Shown: one piece after another, positions 26,083 through 42,054 of the stretch
Layout of the letters: each line of letters begins with the position of its first letter
How positions within the stretch are numbered: the stretch's first letter is position 1
Assembly (NCBI GenBank): GCA_951406725.2
Contig: OX597824.1
Coordinates: 78,244,001-78,308,000 of the forward strand
From: Octopus vulgaris
Taxonomy: Eukaryota
Reading direction: 5' to 3'
Length of the DNA stretch: 64,000 bases
The notes under the pieces: model-generated
What the model was told of the DNA's origin: nothing
The model's input: the letters and a program-made list of their open reading frames with translations, nothing else
Database searches by the model: none
Translations under genes and position numbers: made by a program

Positions 26083-26882
26083 TATCTTTAGATGCAGAGT
26101 TGAAATCACCGTAATAACGCACTAAAGCGTTGCAGAAACATTGTTTATTTAATCCTCTTCATATATGTTCTATATCCTGCTTATGAATTCAAACTCCATA
26201 AAATCATGACATTTACTTAATGTCGTCCAACCGCCAATGCAATATCAATACGAACTCCCATATGGCTATGAATTTTCTAAATCTCGTTCGTAAGTATTTT
26301 CTCGTAGGAGTCAATTTCTCCGAAAAAATATGAAACTGAGATACACTTTTATACCAAGCATAATGAACGTAATCCGAACTAGTAAGCGCCCACCTACAAC
26401 AAATAAGGCCAATCACTTGTAAAACAGTTATTTAGGCATTTCACAGCAGAATTGAAACTATGGAAAATCCTATTGAATTTGTGATATCCTTAATACTTGC
26501 GGAGACAGCTGCAATTGTCGAACTAGAAGAGTAATTTATCTTCAACTAATTATGCAAGTTCGTATCTCTATGTTAACTAGTTACTATCACAAATACTGAC
26601 GATTCAAGACCTGCAAGATCGTATGTCAAAGTGTATGAAGGTCTATTCAGAAGCCGGTACTAGGACCGTAAATCCATATTAACATTTAGAAATAAAATGT
26701 TAAGCCACAACCTTGTCGAGCGGCATATGGTAATTGAAAGATCAAGGCATTGCCAGATTTCATATCAGCTGGTGTGTAGTGTACCTCTATAATAAGTACA
26801 TCACAGTCTTTACAATGCTGTGGAGTATTTTATCACCACAACTACAAATAACTTTATAAAACAAATTTGTTTGCAAATACCT

Positions 26883-27296
26883 ATTTCTTTATTATCCACA
26901 AGGGGCTAAACACAGAGGGGACAAACAAGGACAGACATAGGTATTAAGTCGATTACATCGACCCCAGTGCGTAACTGGTACTTAATTTATCGACCCCGAA
27001 AGGATGAAAGGCAAAGTCGACCTCGGCGGAATTTGAACTCACAACGTAACGCAGACGAAATACCTATTTCTTTATTACCCACAAGGGGCTAAACACAGAG
27101 GGGACAAACAAGGACAGACATAGGTATTAAGTCGATTATATCGACCCCAGTGCGTAACTGGTACTTAATTTATCGACCCCGAAAGGATGAAAGGCAAAGT
27201 CGACCTCGGCGGAATTTGAACTCACAACGTAACGCAGACGAAATACCGTTAAGCATTTCACCCGGCGCGCTAATATTTCTGCCAGCTCACCGCCTT
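26883..27296 (-). mobile_element. SINE family B dimer with an 18-bp TSD
   Basis: Two near-identical ~183-bp units. TSD ATTTGTTTGCAAATACCT at 26865-26882 and 27297-27314. Confidence 0.93.
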
Positions 27297-27771
27297 ATTT
27301 GTTTGCAAATACCTCCACAAGAACAACCGCTACTTTGTTAATTCTAACATTGACACGGAACAGATTAAATCTAAAGAACTGGTGTTTGGAACTACATCTC
27401 GATCGCAACACAAGCCGTACGTTATCAAGCGACATGCCACGTATATAAAGCAGACTGGGGCGGTATTCTTTATACAAACCATCTTCGCATGAGCATTTTC
27501 CGTGGTCAGAAATATTGAAATCTGATTAAGAGAAATGCATAAGCTGCATTCATAACCAATGTATTAAATATTTCCTCTAAGGTATTGATTTCAGTTTTTC
27601 TTCGTTCTAAAAATAACAATTTACGTCAAATAAATGTCACGCAGAAACGCACTGCTAACTATAAGTATACACACACACACACAAATACATAAAATATACA
27701 TTCACACACACATGCACACACACACACATACACACACGCACGAACACACACACACACACACACACACACAT

Positions 27772-28649
<878 letters not shown>

Positions 28650-29504
28650 TGTATGTGTTGTTCTACATTGAAGACACGACTGTCTTTTAGTTGAATCATT
28701 TTTATTCATAATTTTTCAGATTCCCTTAATAGTTCTTTATGTTCTGTTTGGAGCAATATCTACACAATGTCCATTAACGTTTCAATAAGATTTTCGTCGC
28801 ATCTTCTAAATTAGAAAGCTTGTCATCGTTATGAAACCACAAAATCTAGAGACTATAGAATGTAATTCAGACAAGCGATGCAATATAAACATCTCTATGT
28901 AATCATGAAAGTTGTAAACTTCATAATTCAAATTCATACATCGGACATATAATTCAGATTAATTTCGGAACTCTATTTTATGTGCGTTGTATCTATGTGT
29001 TGATTTTTCGGCTTTTATATTTATATTACTATTAATAATCTTCTACAGTTAATCTCGCCTTTTGTTATATAAAGAAGAATTGTTATCAACTATAGTCTGC
29101 TTGTCTGTTTTAGTTTTATGTTCTCTAGGTGAAGGGCTGTAATGGATTTTTGTTGTAAGTGTATGGTCAACGACCGAGAAATTATAGTACAATTGTCTTG
29201 GGCAATACATTAAACTGCATCAGCTGGTGAGACTCTTGTTCGAGATTTCAAAAATCTAGAGGAGTTTAGTGTTATTGCCCATCACCAATTTTACCCAATC
29301 CACTCTGCCCAAGTTACAGGTTACATGACAAAAAATGACCCTGTAGCGTAGACATACGGGACTTCAATGAAGGGCTTCCTTCTAGACATGTGTCCTACTG
29401 GTCCATTATTCGTAAGCATTCCCAGATGTGATGTGAGCTTTTCTCAGATACTCTTCCTCAAGGGCACGTTCGGAAGAGCATGATATTTGCAGAGTAAAGG
29501 GTAA

Positions 29505-29822
29505 AGAATGACCATGGGATTGCACCTAGAAAGTTACCCTCCTAGACACAAGTCCGGGCAAGGTTGTTTATGGAAGACCAGCAGTCGCCCATGCATACCA
29601 GCCTCCCCTCTTCACGCCACCAGTGTAATCCAAGGGAAAGACAAAGGTCGATACAGCTTGGCACCAGTGACGTCGCAACTCATTTCTACAGCTGAGTGAA
29701 CTGGAGCAACGTGAAATAAAGTGCCTTGCTCAAGAACACAACACGCAGCCCGGTCCGGGATTCGAGCTCACAACCTTACAATCGTAAGCTCGACGCTCTA
29801 ACCACTGAACCATGCGCCTACA
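29505..29822 (-). mobile_element. SINE family D with an alternative 3' tail
   Basis: tRNA-like head GGCGCATGGTTCAGTGGTTAGAGCGTCGAGC..; GTTCTTGAGCAAGGCACTTTATTTCACGTTGCTCCAGTTCACTCAGCTG shared with 19.8 kb and 58.6 kb; different tail. Confidence 0.85.
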
Positions 29823-30231
29823 CACTGCAAAAAAAAAAAAAAAGAAAGAAAAACTCAAGAAAGCAGCGAGAAGTCACTGTTGCATCTTTATTCAGAGAAA
29901 TCATAGATCTTCAGACTGCAGCATGGAAGTCAATATTCGCTAAAACCTGTAGTCATGGTTCATAAAAAGTGAAAAAGAGAAGGCGAGAACGAAAGAAAGG
30001 GAGGTGCATCCGATGTAATATTTTGTTCTGAAGATTTCCTCTTCCTTTATGGCAGGTTTTTTTTAAATTTTGTGGGATACATATATTCCTTGTGCATGAA
30101 AAATATGTTCTTCCCCTCTGGAATGTCCACCATCACGTGACTAGCGTCTGCTCATGGTCGTTTATAATGTTAACGCCTTTTAAGTTATTCTCCTTTCTAA
30201 ACATCTGATTGTGCCTTTTCAATTCAATGTT

Positions 30232-30650
30232 CTACCAAAAGTACATGATCTGAAATTTTGGGGGAGATGGCTAGTCGATTACAACGACCCCAGTGTTTGA
30301 CTGGTACTTATTTTATCGACTCCGAAAAGATGAAAAGCAAAGTCGACCTCAACGCCATTTGAACGTAGACAGACGAAATGCCGCTAAGCATTTTCTGCGG
30401 GGTACTAACGATACTGACAGCGCGCCGTCTTTAAGATCGTTTTCTACTATAGGCACTAGGTCTGAAATTGGGGGAGGGGTAATAGTCGATCACATCGACC
30501 CCAGTACTCAACTGGTATTTAATTTATCGACCCCGAAAGGATGAAAGGCAAATTCGACCTCGATGGGATTTGAACTGAGAACGTAGCGGCAGACGAAATA
30601 CTGCTAAGCATTTCCCCCGACATGCTAACAATTCTGCCAGTTCACTGCGT
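30232..30650 (-). mobile_element. Two adjacent older SINE family B copies
   Basis: Homology to family B, each with its own head and the alternative tail. Confidence 0.8.
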
Positions 30651-30902
30651 TTTTCTACATAAATAATTGTACTGCTTTATATAGACTTACGTTAGTCGTA
30701 CATCTTTGTATATGAATTTCAATGTGTGACTGAGTGTTTCCATAAGTGTTCTTATGCAAATTTCTTTTTATTGGCACATCACACAATCAAAGGGGTTTCA
30801 TCTGACTTACTCCAACTTTTTCATAAATTATCATCAAACACATTGGCTTCTAGCAGCAAAAAACTCAGACACACACACACTTACACACACACACACACAC
30901 AT

Positions 30903-30975
<73 letters not shown>

Positions 30976-31018
30976 CATATATACATATACATATATATAT
31001 ATATATATATATGTATAC

Positions 31019-31077
<59 letters not shown>

Positions 31078-31927
31078 CATACATAAATGGGGCTTTGTTT
31101 TTGACGACGGGGGGTTTCTTTGACAAGGCATGATTAGACGAACACACGCACACATAAAACATAAAATATGTTTCTCCCACCCAACGGTTTTTACTGCAGT
31201 AGCCATTGTGTAGAGCTGCTTAACAGCGATCAAACGCACACTTGTACACAAAAAATGTTTTCTACCCCTTGACGGAGTTCTTGCCAACCTGCGCCAGCAC
31301 ACATATATAGAACAGTAAACACACACATGCCTCTAAGTAGATTTTTTCTCGCCCCTTATAATACATCCAATATTCCTTAAATAGTCAGAACTTTATTCTC
31401 GGTCACAAAGAACATCTACACCCCCCCACCCACAGGAAAGACCGCTGCCTGACCCGTTAAAATCTTCAACCACCGGTTCTCAACATACACTGATAAACAG
31501 TTTTGCCATGGGTTCTTAGGAGCCTAGTTCGATTTGTTTTGCTCCGCCTCTGTTCTGTTTTTGTTTTTTCCAACGGATTTCCTATTTCTTCCTGATGAGA
31601 AAGACACAATATGGTCTCATTATTCAATCGGATTTTGGTAAATTGTGCCTTTCGAAACACGTGTAGAATGAAATAAAACGATTTCTGTTCAATCTTCGTT
31701 CAGCTCCATTTCTTCAATTCACCAATAATATTAAAATCCAATTATCCGCACCAACGCACGGTTGCAACACCATATGGTTGTACCTCCAACCGTGCTGTCT
31801 TCTACTGTGATTTTTGCTACCAAGGTATCGGTTAAACTTTTGATTAATCTGCTACAAGATTATTCATCTTTCTATTTCACATAATACATACATATATATA
31901 TATATATACATACATATATATATATAT

Positions 31928-32279
<352 letters not shown>

Positions 32280-32309
32280 CTGATGTACATATGCGTCTTT
32301 TCACTATTA

Positions 32310-32660
32310 TTCCACCCTTGAAGAATTTTTAGCTGAATGAATCTACCCCTGGTCTTATTTTCTTATGTCGATCTCTTTTGTTGGACCACAAGCTTACGGG
32401 GACATTAACAACCAACAAAGTTGTCAAGTGATGATGGGAGACAAGCTCAAATACACTCATATATATGTGTATGTATATATGTGTGTGTGGGTGTGTATAT
32501 ACACCCACACCCACACACACACAAAAACACGACGGGCTTCATTTGCTTCCCGTCTACCAAATCCACTTTCAAGTCTTTGGTCGTCCCTAAGTGTCACACA
32601 GTGGTAGTGAACCCGGAACCTTGTGGTTAGGAAGGAAGCTTCTTATGATGCTGCCAAATT
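32310..32660 (-). mobile_element. SINE family A, old copy
   Basis: Diverged homology to family A. Confidence 0.7.
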
Positions 32661-32674
32661 TGCACATACATGGA

Positions 32675-33059
32675 CGGAAGCACTCCGTCGGTTACGACGA
32701 TGAGGGTTCCGGTTGATCCGAATCAACGGAACAGCCTGCTCGTGAAATTAACGTGTAAGTGGCTGAGCACTCCACAGACACGTGCACACTTAACGTAGTT
32801 CTCGGGGATATTCAGCGTGACACAGAGAGTGACAAGGCCGGCCCTTTGAAATACAGGTACAACAGAAACAGGAAGTAAGTGTGAGAGAAAGTTGTGGTGA
32901 AAGAGTACAGCAGAGATCACCACCATCCCCCGCCGGAGCCTCGTGGAGCTTTAGGTGTTTTCGCTCAATAAACACTCACAACGCCCGGTCTGAGAATCGA
33001 AACCGCGATCCTATGACCGCGTGTCCGCTGCCCTAACCACTGGGCCATTGCGTCTCCAC
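32675..33059 (-). mobile_element. SINE family C, full length
   Basis: Near-identical to 3636-4018. CACATACAT flanks both sides. Confidence 0.92.
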
Positions 33060-33325
33060 ATACATACATACATACATACATACATACATACATACATACA
33101 TACATACATACCTACATACACACACACATATATATATACATACATATCTAGATATGTATATGTGTGTATGTGTGTTCCTCTGTGTGTGTGTGTGTGTATG
33201 TTCGTATGTGTGTGTGTGCGAATGTATGTGTTTCTGTAAGATCCTGTTGAACATGGTGAAAGGTTTGTTAGCATCAAAAATACGTATGGGTTGTAGAGGA
33301 CACTCGAAAGGAAAAATAATCCATC

Positions 33326-33481
33326 GAGTGGCTGTGTGGTAAGTAGCTTGCTAACCAACAACATGGTTCCGGGATCAGTCCCACTGCGTGGCATCTTGGG
33401 CAAGTGTCATCTGCTATAGCCCCGGGCCGACCAATGCCTTGTGAGTGGATTTGGTAGACGGAAACTGAAAGAAGCCTGTCG

Positions 33482-33544
<63 letters not shown>

Positions 33545-33740
33545 TTGTGTTTGTCCCCCTAGCATTGCTTGACAACCGATGCTGGTGTGTTTACGTCCCC
33601 GTCACTTAGCGGTTCGGCAAAAAGAGACCGATAGAATAAGTACTGGGCTTACAAAGAATAAGTCCCGGGGTCGATTTGCTCGACTAAAGGCGGTGCTCCA
33701 GCATGGCCGCAGTCAAATGACTGAAACAAGTAAACAAGCG
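33326..33740 (+). mobile_element. SINE family A
   Basis: Homology to family A. Confidence 0.92.
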
Positions 33741-34044
33741 AAGCGTTTTACCAGATACACTCCGTCACAGATTTAAATTAGTAGTCTTTATAAAATGATA
33801 AAGCGCAACACAACACCGGATTATATGCAGCAACTTACGTAGCTCGGTATGCGACAAATAAACCTCAGTAGAAGAAGAATGGATAAATGCCGTTAAGCAC
33901 AACATGCGTATCTGAAGCATATAAAAAGCCATATTATAAGTGCAATTACTGCATAGTCCATTATGTAATCTGCACCGTCGACACGTCGTCGGGTACGAAC
34001 CGATAGTTATCAAATTACATCTAGTACTGGATACTGAATCGTTG

Positions 34045-34051
34045 CATATAC

Positions 34052-34100
<49 letters not shown>

Positions 34101-34644
34101 TGTATGTATGTATGTATGCATGTGTGTGTGCATGTATGTGTATGTATGTATGTATGTATGCAAGTATGTATGTATGCAAGTATGTATGTATGTATGTATG
34201 CATGCATGTATGCATGTATGTATGCATGTATGTATGTATATATGTATGTATGCATGCATGTATGTATGTATGTATGTATGCAAGTATGTATGTATGTATG
34301 TATGCATTTATGTATGTATGTATGCATGTATGCATGTATGTATGTATGTATGTATGTATGTATGTATACACATATGTATATACATACATATATACATATG
34401 TATATATACATATATATAGAGAGATATATAGATATATATCAGGAGAGAGAGAGAAAGAGAGAGAGAGAAGCGAGATGAGAGTGAGAGAGGAAGAGATTCT
34501 TAGGTCATCGTAGTAATCCAAAATGACGAAAACAGCGTGTGTGTGGGAGTGTGTGTGTGTATGTGGGTGCGTGTGTGTGTGTGTGTTTGTGCGTGTGTAT
34601 GTGTGTGTGTGTATGTGTGTGTGTATTTGTGTGTATCTGTGTGC

Positions 34645-34692
<48 letters not shown>

Positions 34693-34790
34693 ATGTGTGT
34701 GCGTGTGTGTGCGTGTGTGTGTTTGTGTGTGTGTATGTGTGAATGTTTGTGTGTGTGTGTGTGTGTGCGTGTGTGCGTGTGTGTGTGTAC
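34045..34790. repeat. (TATG)n, (GA)n and (TG)n microsatellites
   Basis: Directly visible. Confidence 0.95.
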
Positions 34791-35185
34791 TCGGATTATT
34801 GTCTCATTACTCCATGACTGGATAATAACGGATTAGTTAGGTGTAATCATTCCAGTTTTCGGCGTCGTCGTTAAAGAACATCTTGTTCATGGATTACGAC
34901 AGTGTTTGCAAGTCTGCAGTTATGAGAATAGATACGAGCGAAATTTCGGAAGGTATATAACGTGTGCACAATAAATCAGTGTTGGAATATTTACTCAGTC
35001 ACTCGATGTACACGAAATAGAAGCAAAATCTCCCTCAAATGTCACTGAAGACATTTGAAGAGCTTAATGGTGTGTCACGTCTGTCATATTTCACTCAGTC
35101 TGCTTGTTGGAAACTGGAATAAAATCCTTCAAGGCAGTCCTCGTCTACGGGCCGCACGTCAATGACTGAAACAAGTTTAAGATTA

Positions 35186-35375
35186 GCAGGAGTAGCTGTG
35201 TGGTAGGTAGCTTGTTTACCAACCACATGGTCCCGGGTTCAGTCCCACTGCGTGGCACCTTGGACAAGTGTCTTCTTCTATAGCCTCGGGCCGACCAAAG
35301 TGCCTTGTGAGTGGATTTGGTAGACGGAAACTGAAAGAAGCCCGTCGTATATATGGAGACAAACACAGACGCACA

Positions 35376-35428
<53 letters not shown>

Positions 35429-35690
35429 TATACATATATATATATATGTGTGTGTGTGTGTATGCGTGTATGTTTGTGCGTCTGTGTTTGTCTCCCTAGT
35501 ATTGCTTGACAACCGATGCTGGTATGTTTATGTCCCCGTCACTTAGCGGTTCGGCAAAAGAGACCGATGGAATAAGTACTGGGCTTACAAAGAATAAGTC
35601 CCGGGGTCGAGTTGCTCGATTAAAGGCGGTGCTCCAGCATGGCCGCAGTCAAATGACTGAAACAAGTAAAAGAGTAAAAGAGTAAAGAGA
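35186..35690 (+). mobile_element. SINE family A with a small internal inverted duplication around its TA tract
   Basis: GGAGACAAACACAGACGCACAAACAT (about 35356) is inverted relative to ATGTTTGTGCGTCTGTGTTTGTCTCC (about 35470). Confidence 0.9.
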
Positions 35691-36216
35691 GGAGATATCA
35701 AAACACATTCGTATCAATATCGCATCAAAGTTACTTATCCAGAATTTTTTTTTTTTAAATACAGTAATCTAAAGCCTTTAGAGCAACAGTAAAAAACAAC
35801 AACAACAACAATAATAACAACAACAACAATAACCTGAACAAGAAGTGTAACGACAAAACAGCAGGCGACGTACCAACAACAGCAGCCTGGATGTCAAGAG
35901 TGCAAGAATCATTTAAAATATTTTGAAATGGAAGAAAAAAGGTCAACGAAAATGTCAGCAAATTTTTGACATTAGTAAATGTTTGGGATGTTTTTTGATT
36001 TTCGTTGTTAATTTTTCTTAGTTTTTTTGCGATTACATTTACGTTTTTCTTCGATTTAAATATAATTATTGATCGCTTATGTATGTACGAATACAGGTAT
36101 TTAAATGTATCTACATATGTCTCTCTTTATATCTCTTAATTTTTCTATGTATTTATCCTTCTCTCATTCGTTCTCTCTCTGTCTTTCTCTCTCTCTCTCT
36201 CGCTCTCTCTCTCTCT

Positions 36217-36259
<43 letters not shown>

Positions 36260-36279
36260 GCATGCATATATATATATAT

Positions 36280-36680
36280 AGGCGTAGGAGTGACTGTGTG
36301 GTAAGAAGCTTGTTTACCAACCATATGGTTCCGGTTTCAGTCCCACTGCGTGGCACCTTGGGCGAGTGTCTTCTACTATAGCCTCGGGCCGACCAAAGCC
36401 TTGTGAGTGGATTTGATAGACGGAAACTGAAAGAAGCCCGTCGTATATATGTATATATATATGCGTGTGTGTGTTTGTCCCTCTAGCATTGCTTGACAAC
36501 CGATGCTGGTGTGTTTATGTCCCCGTTACTTAGCGGTTCGGCAAAAATAAACCGATAGAATAAGTACTGGGCTTAGAAAAAGAGTAAGTCCCGGGGTCGA
36601 GTTGCTCGATTTAAGGCGGTGGTCCAGCATGGCCGCAGTCAAATGACTGAAACAAGTAAAAGAGTAAAAGAGTAAAGAGT
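36280..36680 (+). mobile_element. SINE family A, full length
   Basis: Homology to family A. Confidence 0.92.
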
Positions 36681-36746
36681 ATATATGCATCACTGTGACC
36701 GACCAGGCTATCAGATGGTGTGACACGTCGTTGGTCACAATGCGCT

Positions 36747-37182
36747 ACTCTTTTACTTGTTCTACATGCTGGAGCACCGCCTTTAGTCGAGCGAATCGAC
36801 CCCAGGACTTATTCTTTGTAAGCCTAGTACTTATTGTATCGGTCTCTTTTACCGAAGCGCTAAGTTACGGGGACGTAAACACACCACGATCGGTTGTCAA
36901 GCGATGTTGGGGGTACAAACACAGACGCAAAAAACACACACACAAGTGTAGATGAAACCATGGCGACTGAAGAAGAGGAATTTTCCTTGTGTTATTTGTC
37001 CTGTACTCTATTTTTTCGTTGTTTAAGAAAAATGTCCAGTTCCTTGGGTTTGTGTCTATGTTTTCGTTTCTTATTGTGTTCGACGTTTTTTGGTGTCCTG
37101 TACTCATATATGCGTGTATATATACATGTAGAGGTAGGTACGTACATATATGTATATATATATGCATATATTTTATTTATTA

Positions 37183-37215
<33 letters not shown>

Positions 37216-37388
37216 CATGTATACGACAGGCTTCTTTCAGTTTCCGTCTACCAAATCCACTCACACGGCTTTGGTCGGCCCGCGGCTATAGTAGAAGACA
37301 CTTGGCCAAGGTGCCACGCAGTGGGACTGAACCGGGAACCATGTGGTTGGTAAGCAAGCTACTTACCACACAGCCACACCTGCGCCTA
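36747..37388 (-). mobile_element. SINE family A interrupted in its microsatellite by an unrelated fragment (~36945-37140)
   Basis: Both halves are homologous to family A. Confidence 0.85.
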
Positions 37389-38299
37389 TGCTATTAACTT
37401 TTATTCTGTCCTACCCTGTAAGAAATTTCACATGTTCAAGCCGGTTACTAATAAAGTGTCCAGGCATTTTTGTTTAAGCCAAGAGAGCTCCGAATCTTTG
37501 TAGATCTACGAATTGGTTAGTGTGGGCATACATGTATATATGTTCGTATCAATAAATTTGAAGTTATGTAATGAATGTGCAAATCACGTAGAACACAAGT
37601 GTATCAACTTCATTACTCTTAACGTACGTGTCTCTGTCTGAGCATTCCATATGTATGAAATTGCATACGTTCCGTCGAGGAAACTCAAACGGAGAATCCC
37701 TGAACATTAGCTTGTATATTTGTCTGTGTATATACAAAGTTTATTCCACTCAGTAATTAATAGTGGCCGCGTAATAATGTTGTGGTGATAGAGATTAACA
37801 ACCATGTGTGATTAAAAGGTGAATTCGTCGAACCTTTATAAAGAGTAACGGTGTCTCGTTGAGACAAGAAGAAGGCGTTGGAGTCTCGCGTGTTGGTAGA
37901 CGGACGTTACGTTTATGAATGCATTGCTTTACCATCGCTTCGTTAAAATCATATATCAGCAATCAAGGATATCATAAATAAGCAACAACAACAGCTGTAG
38001 CAACAGCAATAACAACAGCAACAGTAGCTGTAATATCAAAATACTGAAAAGTTACAACGCACTTGTAATCGCAATGTAAGAGACTGAGAAGAATGTTTGA
38101 ACACATCGTAATCGATTTACGAAAATAGTGCTTGGATTGATATAACTAGAACAGAAATATTGATAACAGCAACCGACAACACATCATAAATCGTAGTAAA
38201 CAACACAGTTTAATTAAACTGATGCTATTAGAGTGATTAGATCATCATTTCAGAGGCAGGAAATAAATCTGAATAAAAAAGAATGAAAATGTGTGTCTG

Positions 38300-38380
<81 letters not shown>

Positions 38381-38611
38381 GTATGCATGTATGTATATCT
38401 GTGTGTTTGTATATGGCATAATAAGAATTTCATGAATATTCGAGAGAACGTGAAATCATCATTTTTTGAAACATTGGCACTCGAGATATAATTAGAAGCA
38501 TACAAATATCGGGTTTAAAAATCCCTCTTTGATAGACAGACAGACAAGACAGACAAGGCAGACAGGCAGACAGACATACAGGCAGACAGGCAGACAGACA
38601 TACAGGCAGAC

Positions 38612-38701
<90 letters not shown>

Positions 38702-38780
38702 GCGTATATAAGTAACTCTATTAATAGATATATGTATACAAATTTACATATTCATAAATATTTATACATACATATAAAAA

Positions 38781-38821
<41 letters not shown>

Positions 38822-38902
38822 GTATATATATGTATATACATGTGTAGATATGTTTATGAATATACATGCACATATACACATATATACATATACACACACA
38901 CG

Positions 38903-38960
<58 letters not shown>

Positions 38961-39864
38961 TAGACAGACAGACAGATAGATAGATTGATATTATATGACA
39001 AAATAACGGAGTAAAATAATAGAAAAATTGTGTAACATCATAGAACTTTTCCTTAAGCATACAACGAATGTTTGTATATGAATACACACACATATGTATA
39101 CATACATATATAATCATAAATGCACATACATACATACATACATACATACATACATACATACATACATACATACATACATACATACATACATACATACATA
39201 CATACATACATACATACATTATATGACGCGCTACTGGGGTAAGAAGGTTAATGGAAAAACAGTTTAGCACCATCGTGAAATTTTTTCATTAAATATTAAC
39301 GAATACATTTAATTAGAAAATTTAATGCTTTACCCATCCATTCAGCAATTTGCTCCCGATATAAACGCTGGTCTTTAGACATTCTGTCTTCTCATTCTCC
39401 CTCCCTTTCTGCTCTCCCCTTTTCTCCCTTTCCCTCAATCCCCTCTATCTCTTCCATTTTGTCTGTCTTTCTCCATATTCTGTCGCTGTCACAACTCGAC
39501 GTTCTCTGCTCCACTGGCATATCTAATTACACACCATATTGAACAAGTTCGATCTGACACACATGCCCCGTCAGTTCTCGTCAACCCTTTATTGCTACAC
39601 TAACCAATTTATACAACAACCCATCCCCTCCCCCCCCATGAAAGCAACGACACCGCCCCAACACACGTTTTTTCACTCCAGATATCGACGTGAATGCAGA
39701 AAATGAAGATAATAAAACATCGATCATGACACACTTGGAGAATCCGTGAAACGTCTGGAATAATACTTCACATTTATTGATTGAACCTTATTAATGTGTA
39801 ATGTTTGTGTGTATATGTGTGTGTATTTGTGTGCAATATATAACATACACACAAACACTGACAA

Positions 39865-39895
<31 letters not shown>

Positions 39896-40149
39896 TATAT
39901 ATATGTGTCTATGTGTGTGTATGTGTTTGATGTAGTCATCTCTAATGAGTTTTCAATTAGAATCGAAATAGATTAAGACTGTTCATCATTTTTTTCAATA
40001 CACGCAGAAATAAGGAATGTTGAGTTGTCTGTATATACATATGTATATATTTGTATTAATACTAAAAATGGGAAAGAAATCGACCTGGAAGTGGCCCTAA
40101 AGTGCTTATGTTCACACCACACTCATCATCATCATCATCATCATTATCA

Positions 40150-40188
<39 letters not shown>

Positions 40189-40289
40189 GTGTATAAACAT
40201 ACATACATATACATATGTATATACATACATATACACACATATATATACATATATATACATACATATACATACATACATATACATATATC

Positions 40290-40970
40290 CTTAAAATTAC
40301 AAAAATCAATAAAATCCGTTTTCACAGCAAAGCAACCACTGTATCGCCCCAAAACGTCTCCCAATCAAATTTCTCACCTCAAGTTACCCCTCCTGTAAAT
40401 TTTAACCCCCTTCCAGCTCCATTTAGACCACTTCTTACATAAAAGTCCGATTTTCAACAACGTTCGCTTTCTTCATTTCATAGATTAGATTACAAATCCG
40501 CTTCCACTTTACCATGTTGAAAATTTGATTGAAATCGGGCAAAAGGTGTCCAATCTAGACCCCCAAGTTTTCCCCCAAATCAATAAAACCCTCGTTTTCG
40601 CAGCAAAGCAACCACTGTAGTATCACAAAATGTCTCCCAATCAATTTCTCACCTCAAGTTACCCCCTCCTGTAAATTTTAATCCTCTTCCAGCTCCATTT
40701 AGACCCCTTTTTACATAAAAATCCAATTTGCATCAACGTTCGCCTTCTTCATTTTATAGATTAGATATTAGATGCAAATCGTTCCAATCTGGAGGGGCTT
40801 AGAACCCCCTTGAATCGATAAAAAATCATTCATCTCCCCATAACAACCGCATCTTTCCAGATGGCGAGTTTTAACCTACTCAACACTCTGCTTCATCACG
40901 ACTTCTATGCCTGTGTCAATTTTCAGCTCGATCCGACCACTGGTCTGGCCGCCAACCTCTGACGTAGCAA
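40290..40970. repeat. Unclassified non-autonomous element with two ~275-bp internal direct repeats (Helitron/Helentron-like?)
   Basis: AATCAATAAAA..CAGCAAAGCAACCACTGTA..CTCACCTCAAGTTACCCC..TTCCAGCTCCATTTAGACC at about 40304 and 40578. AATTTTCAGCTCGATCCG resembles the motif in the 9.1-kb Helitron. Confidence 0.55.
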
Positions 40971-40974
40971 AATG

Positions 40975-41129
40975 TGCCACGAGGCTCCGGCAGCGTGGTG
41001 GCGGCGATCACGTCTGTAGTCTTTCGCCACAACTTTCTTTCACTCTTTCTTCTGTTGGCCTGCTCGTTTAGCCAGCGAGAATGCGAAGCGCATTGTGGTC
41101 AGCGATGGTCGGTCACGGGTATCACGGTG

Positions 41130-41132
<3 letters not shown>
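40975..41132 (+). mobile_element. SINE family C-related fragment with a third tail type
   Basis: CCACGAGGCTCCGGCAG..CTTTCGCCACAACTTTC then GGCCTGCTCG..GGTCGGTCAC. The same tail occurs at 53707-53825 (+) and 36689-36745 (-). Confidence 0.7.
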
Positions 41133-41166
<34 letters not shown>

Positions 41167-41278
41167 TGTGTGTGTGTATGTGTGTGTGTGTGTATTGATA
41201 CATAAATTGATATACATAATACACAGACATACACACTCACATACCCACATATATACATACTCACACATGCTCATATAG

Positions 41279-41327
<49 letters not shown>

Positions 41328-41376
41328 GGATGGATGGATGGATGGATGGATGGATGGATGGATGGATGGATGGATG

Positions 41377-41458
<82 letters not shown>

Positions 41459-42054
41459 GTACCTGACGAAAGGACGGAGCTTAATTCAGCCTCAATTCAT
41501 AAAGCTTTGCTTCAAGCATTTTCCCCTTTTCTTATGATTCATTTTACCTTCGTTTAACTCACAAACTCATTTTCTTTCGTCCATACTGATCCAAGTCATT
41601 CAATATTTTTCCCTTTCCTCTTCATCTATTCATAAGTCTCTGCAACTTCCTCTCAATCAAAATCGGCTACTTACCTTCATTTACCAACATTTTTATCATT
41701 ATATATCTTTTGATCGCATACACAAATTTCTTTCCGGGCTCCTTTCTTTCACGCGTTTTTCTTCTTTTTTCTCTCCCTCTCTCTCTCTTGTCTTTAATAT
41801 TCCCTCCATAATTCTATTCGTTACCATTTCAAACTTTTCCAATGCAGCGGAAAACCATTATTACGTTATTTAACGTTTCCTCTCCTAAGAATGTGAGATG
41901 TCATTTGAAGGAGATTTAGTGCTAATTCGCTAAATTACGCAATCTACCCAGAATCTTGCGGCGTGATGATTTTCATGTTGTTAAGTACTAACTCCATGTC
42001 AGCTCTTACTGCGCAGATTTATCCTGAAATACGTTTTCTTTATCATCATTCAGC

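Noticed and set aside
26100-26860. Non-repetitive stretches (also 28.7-29.5, 37.4-38.2, 47.0-47.5, 49.9-50.3 kb) examined for exons
   Set aside because: No recognisable protein motif or convincing splice-bounded frame. Small exons cannot be excluded without RNA-seq.
31460-31850. Possible very old RTE remnant on the minus strand (RYLGSKIT) with a small hairpin at 31776-31796
   Set aside because: A single short motif only; insufficient support by eye.
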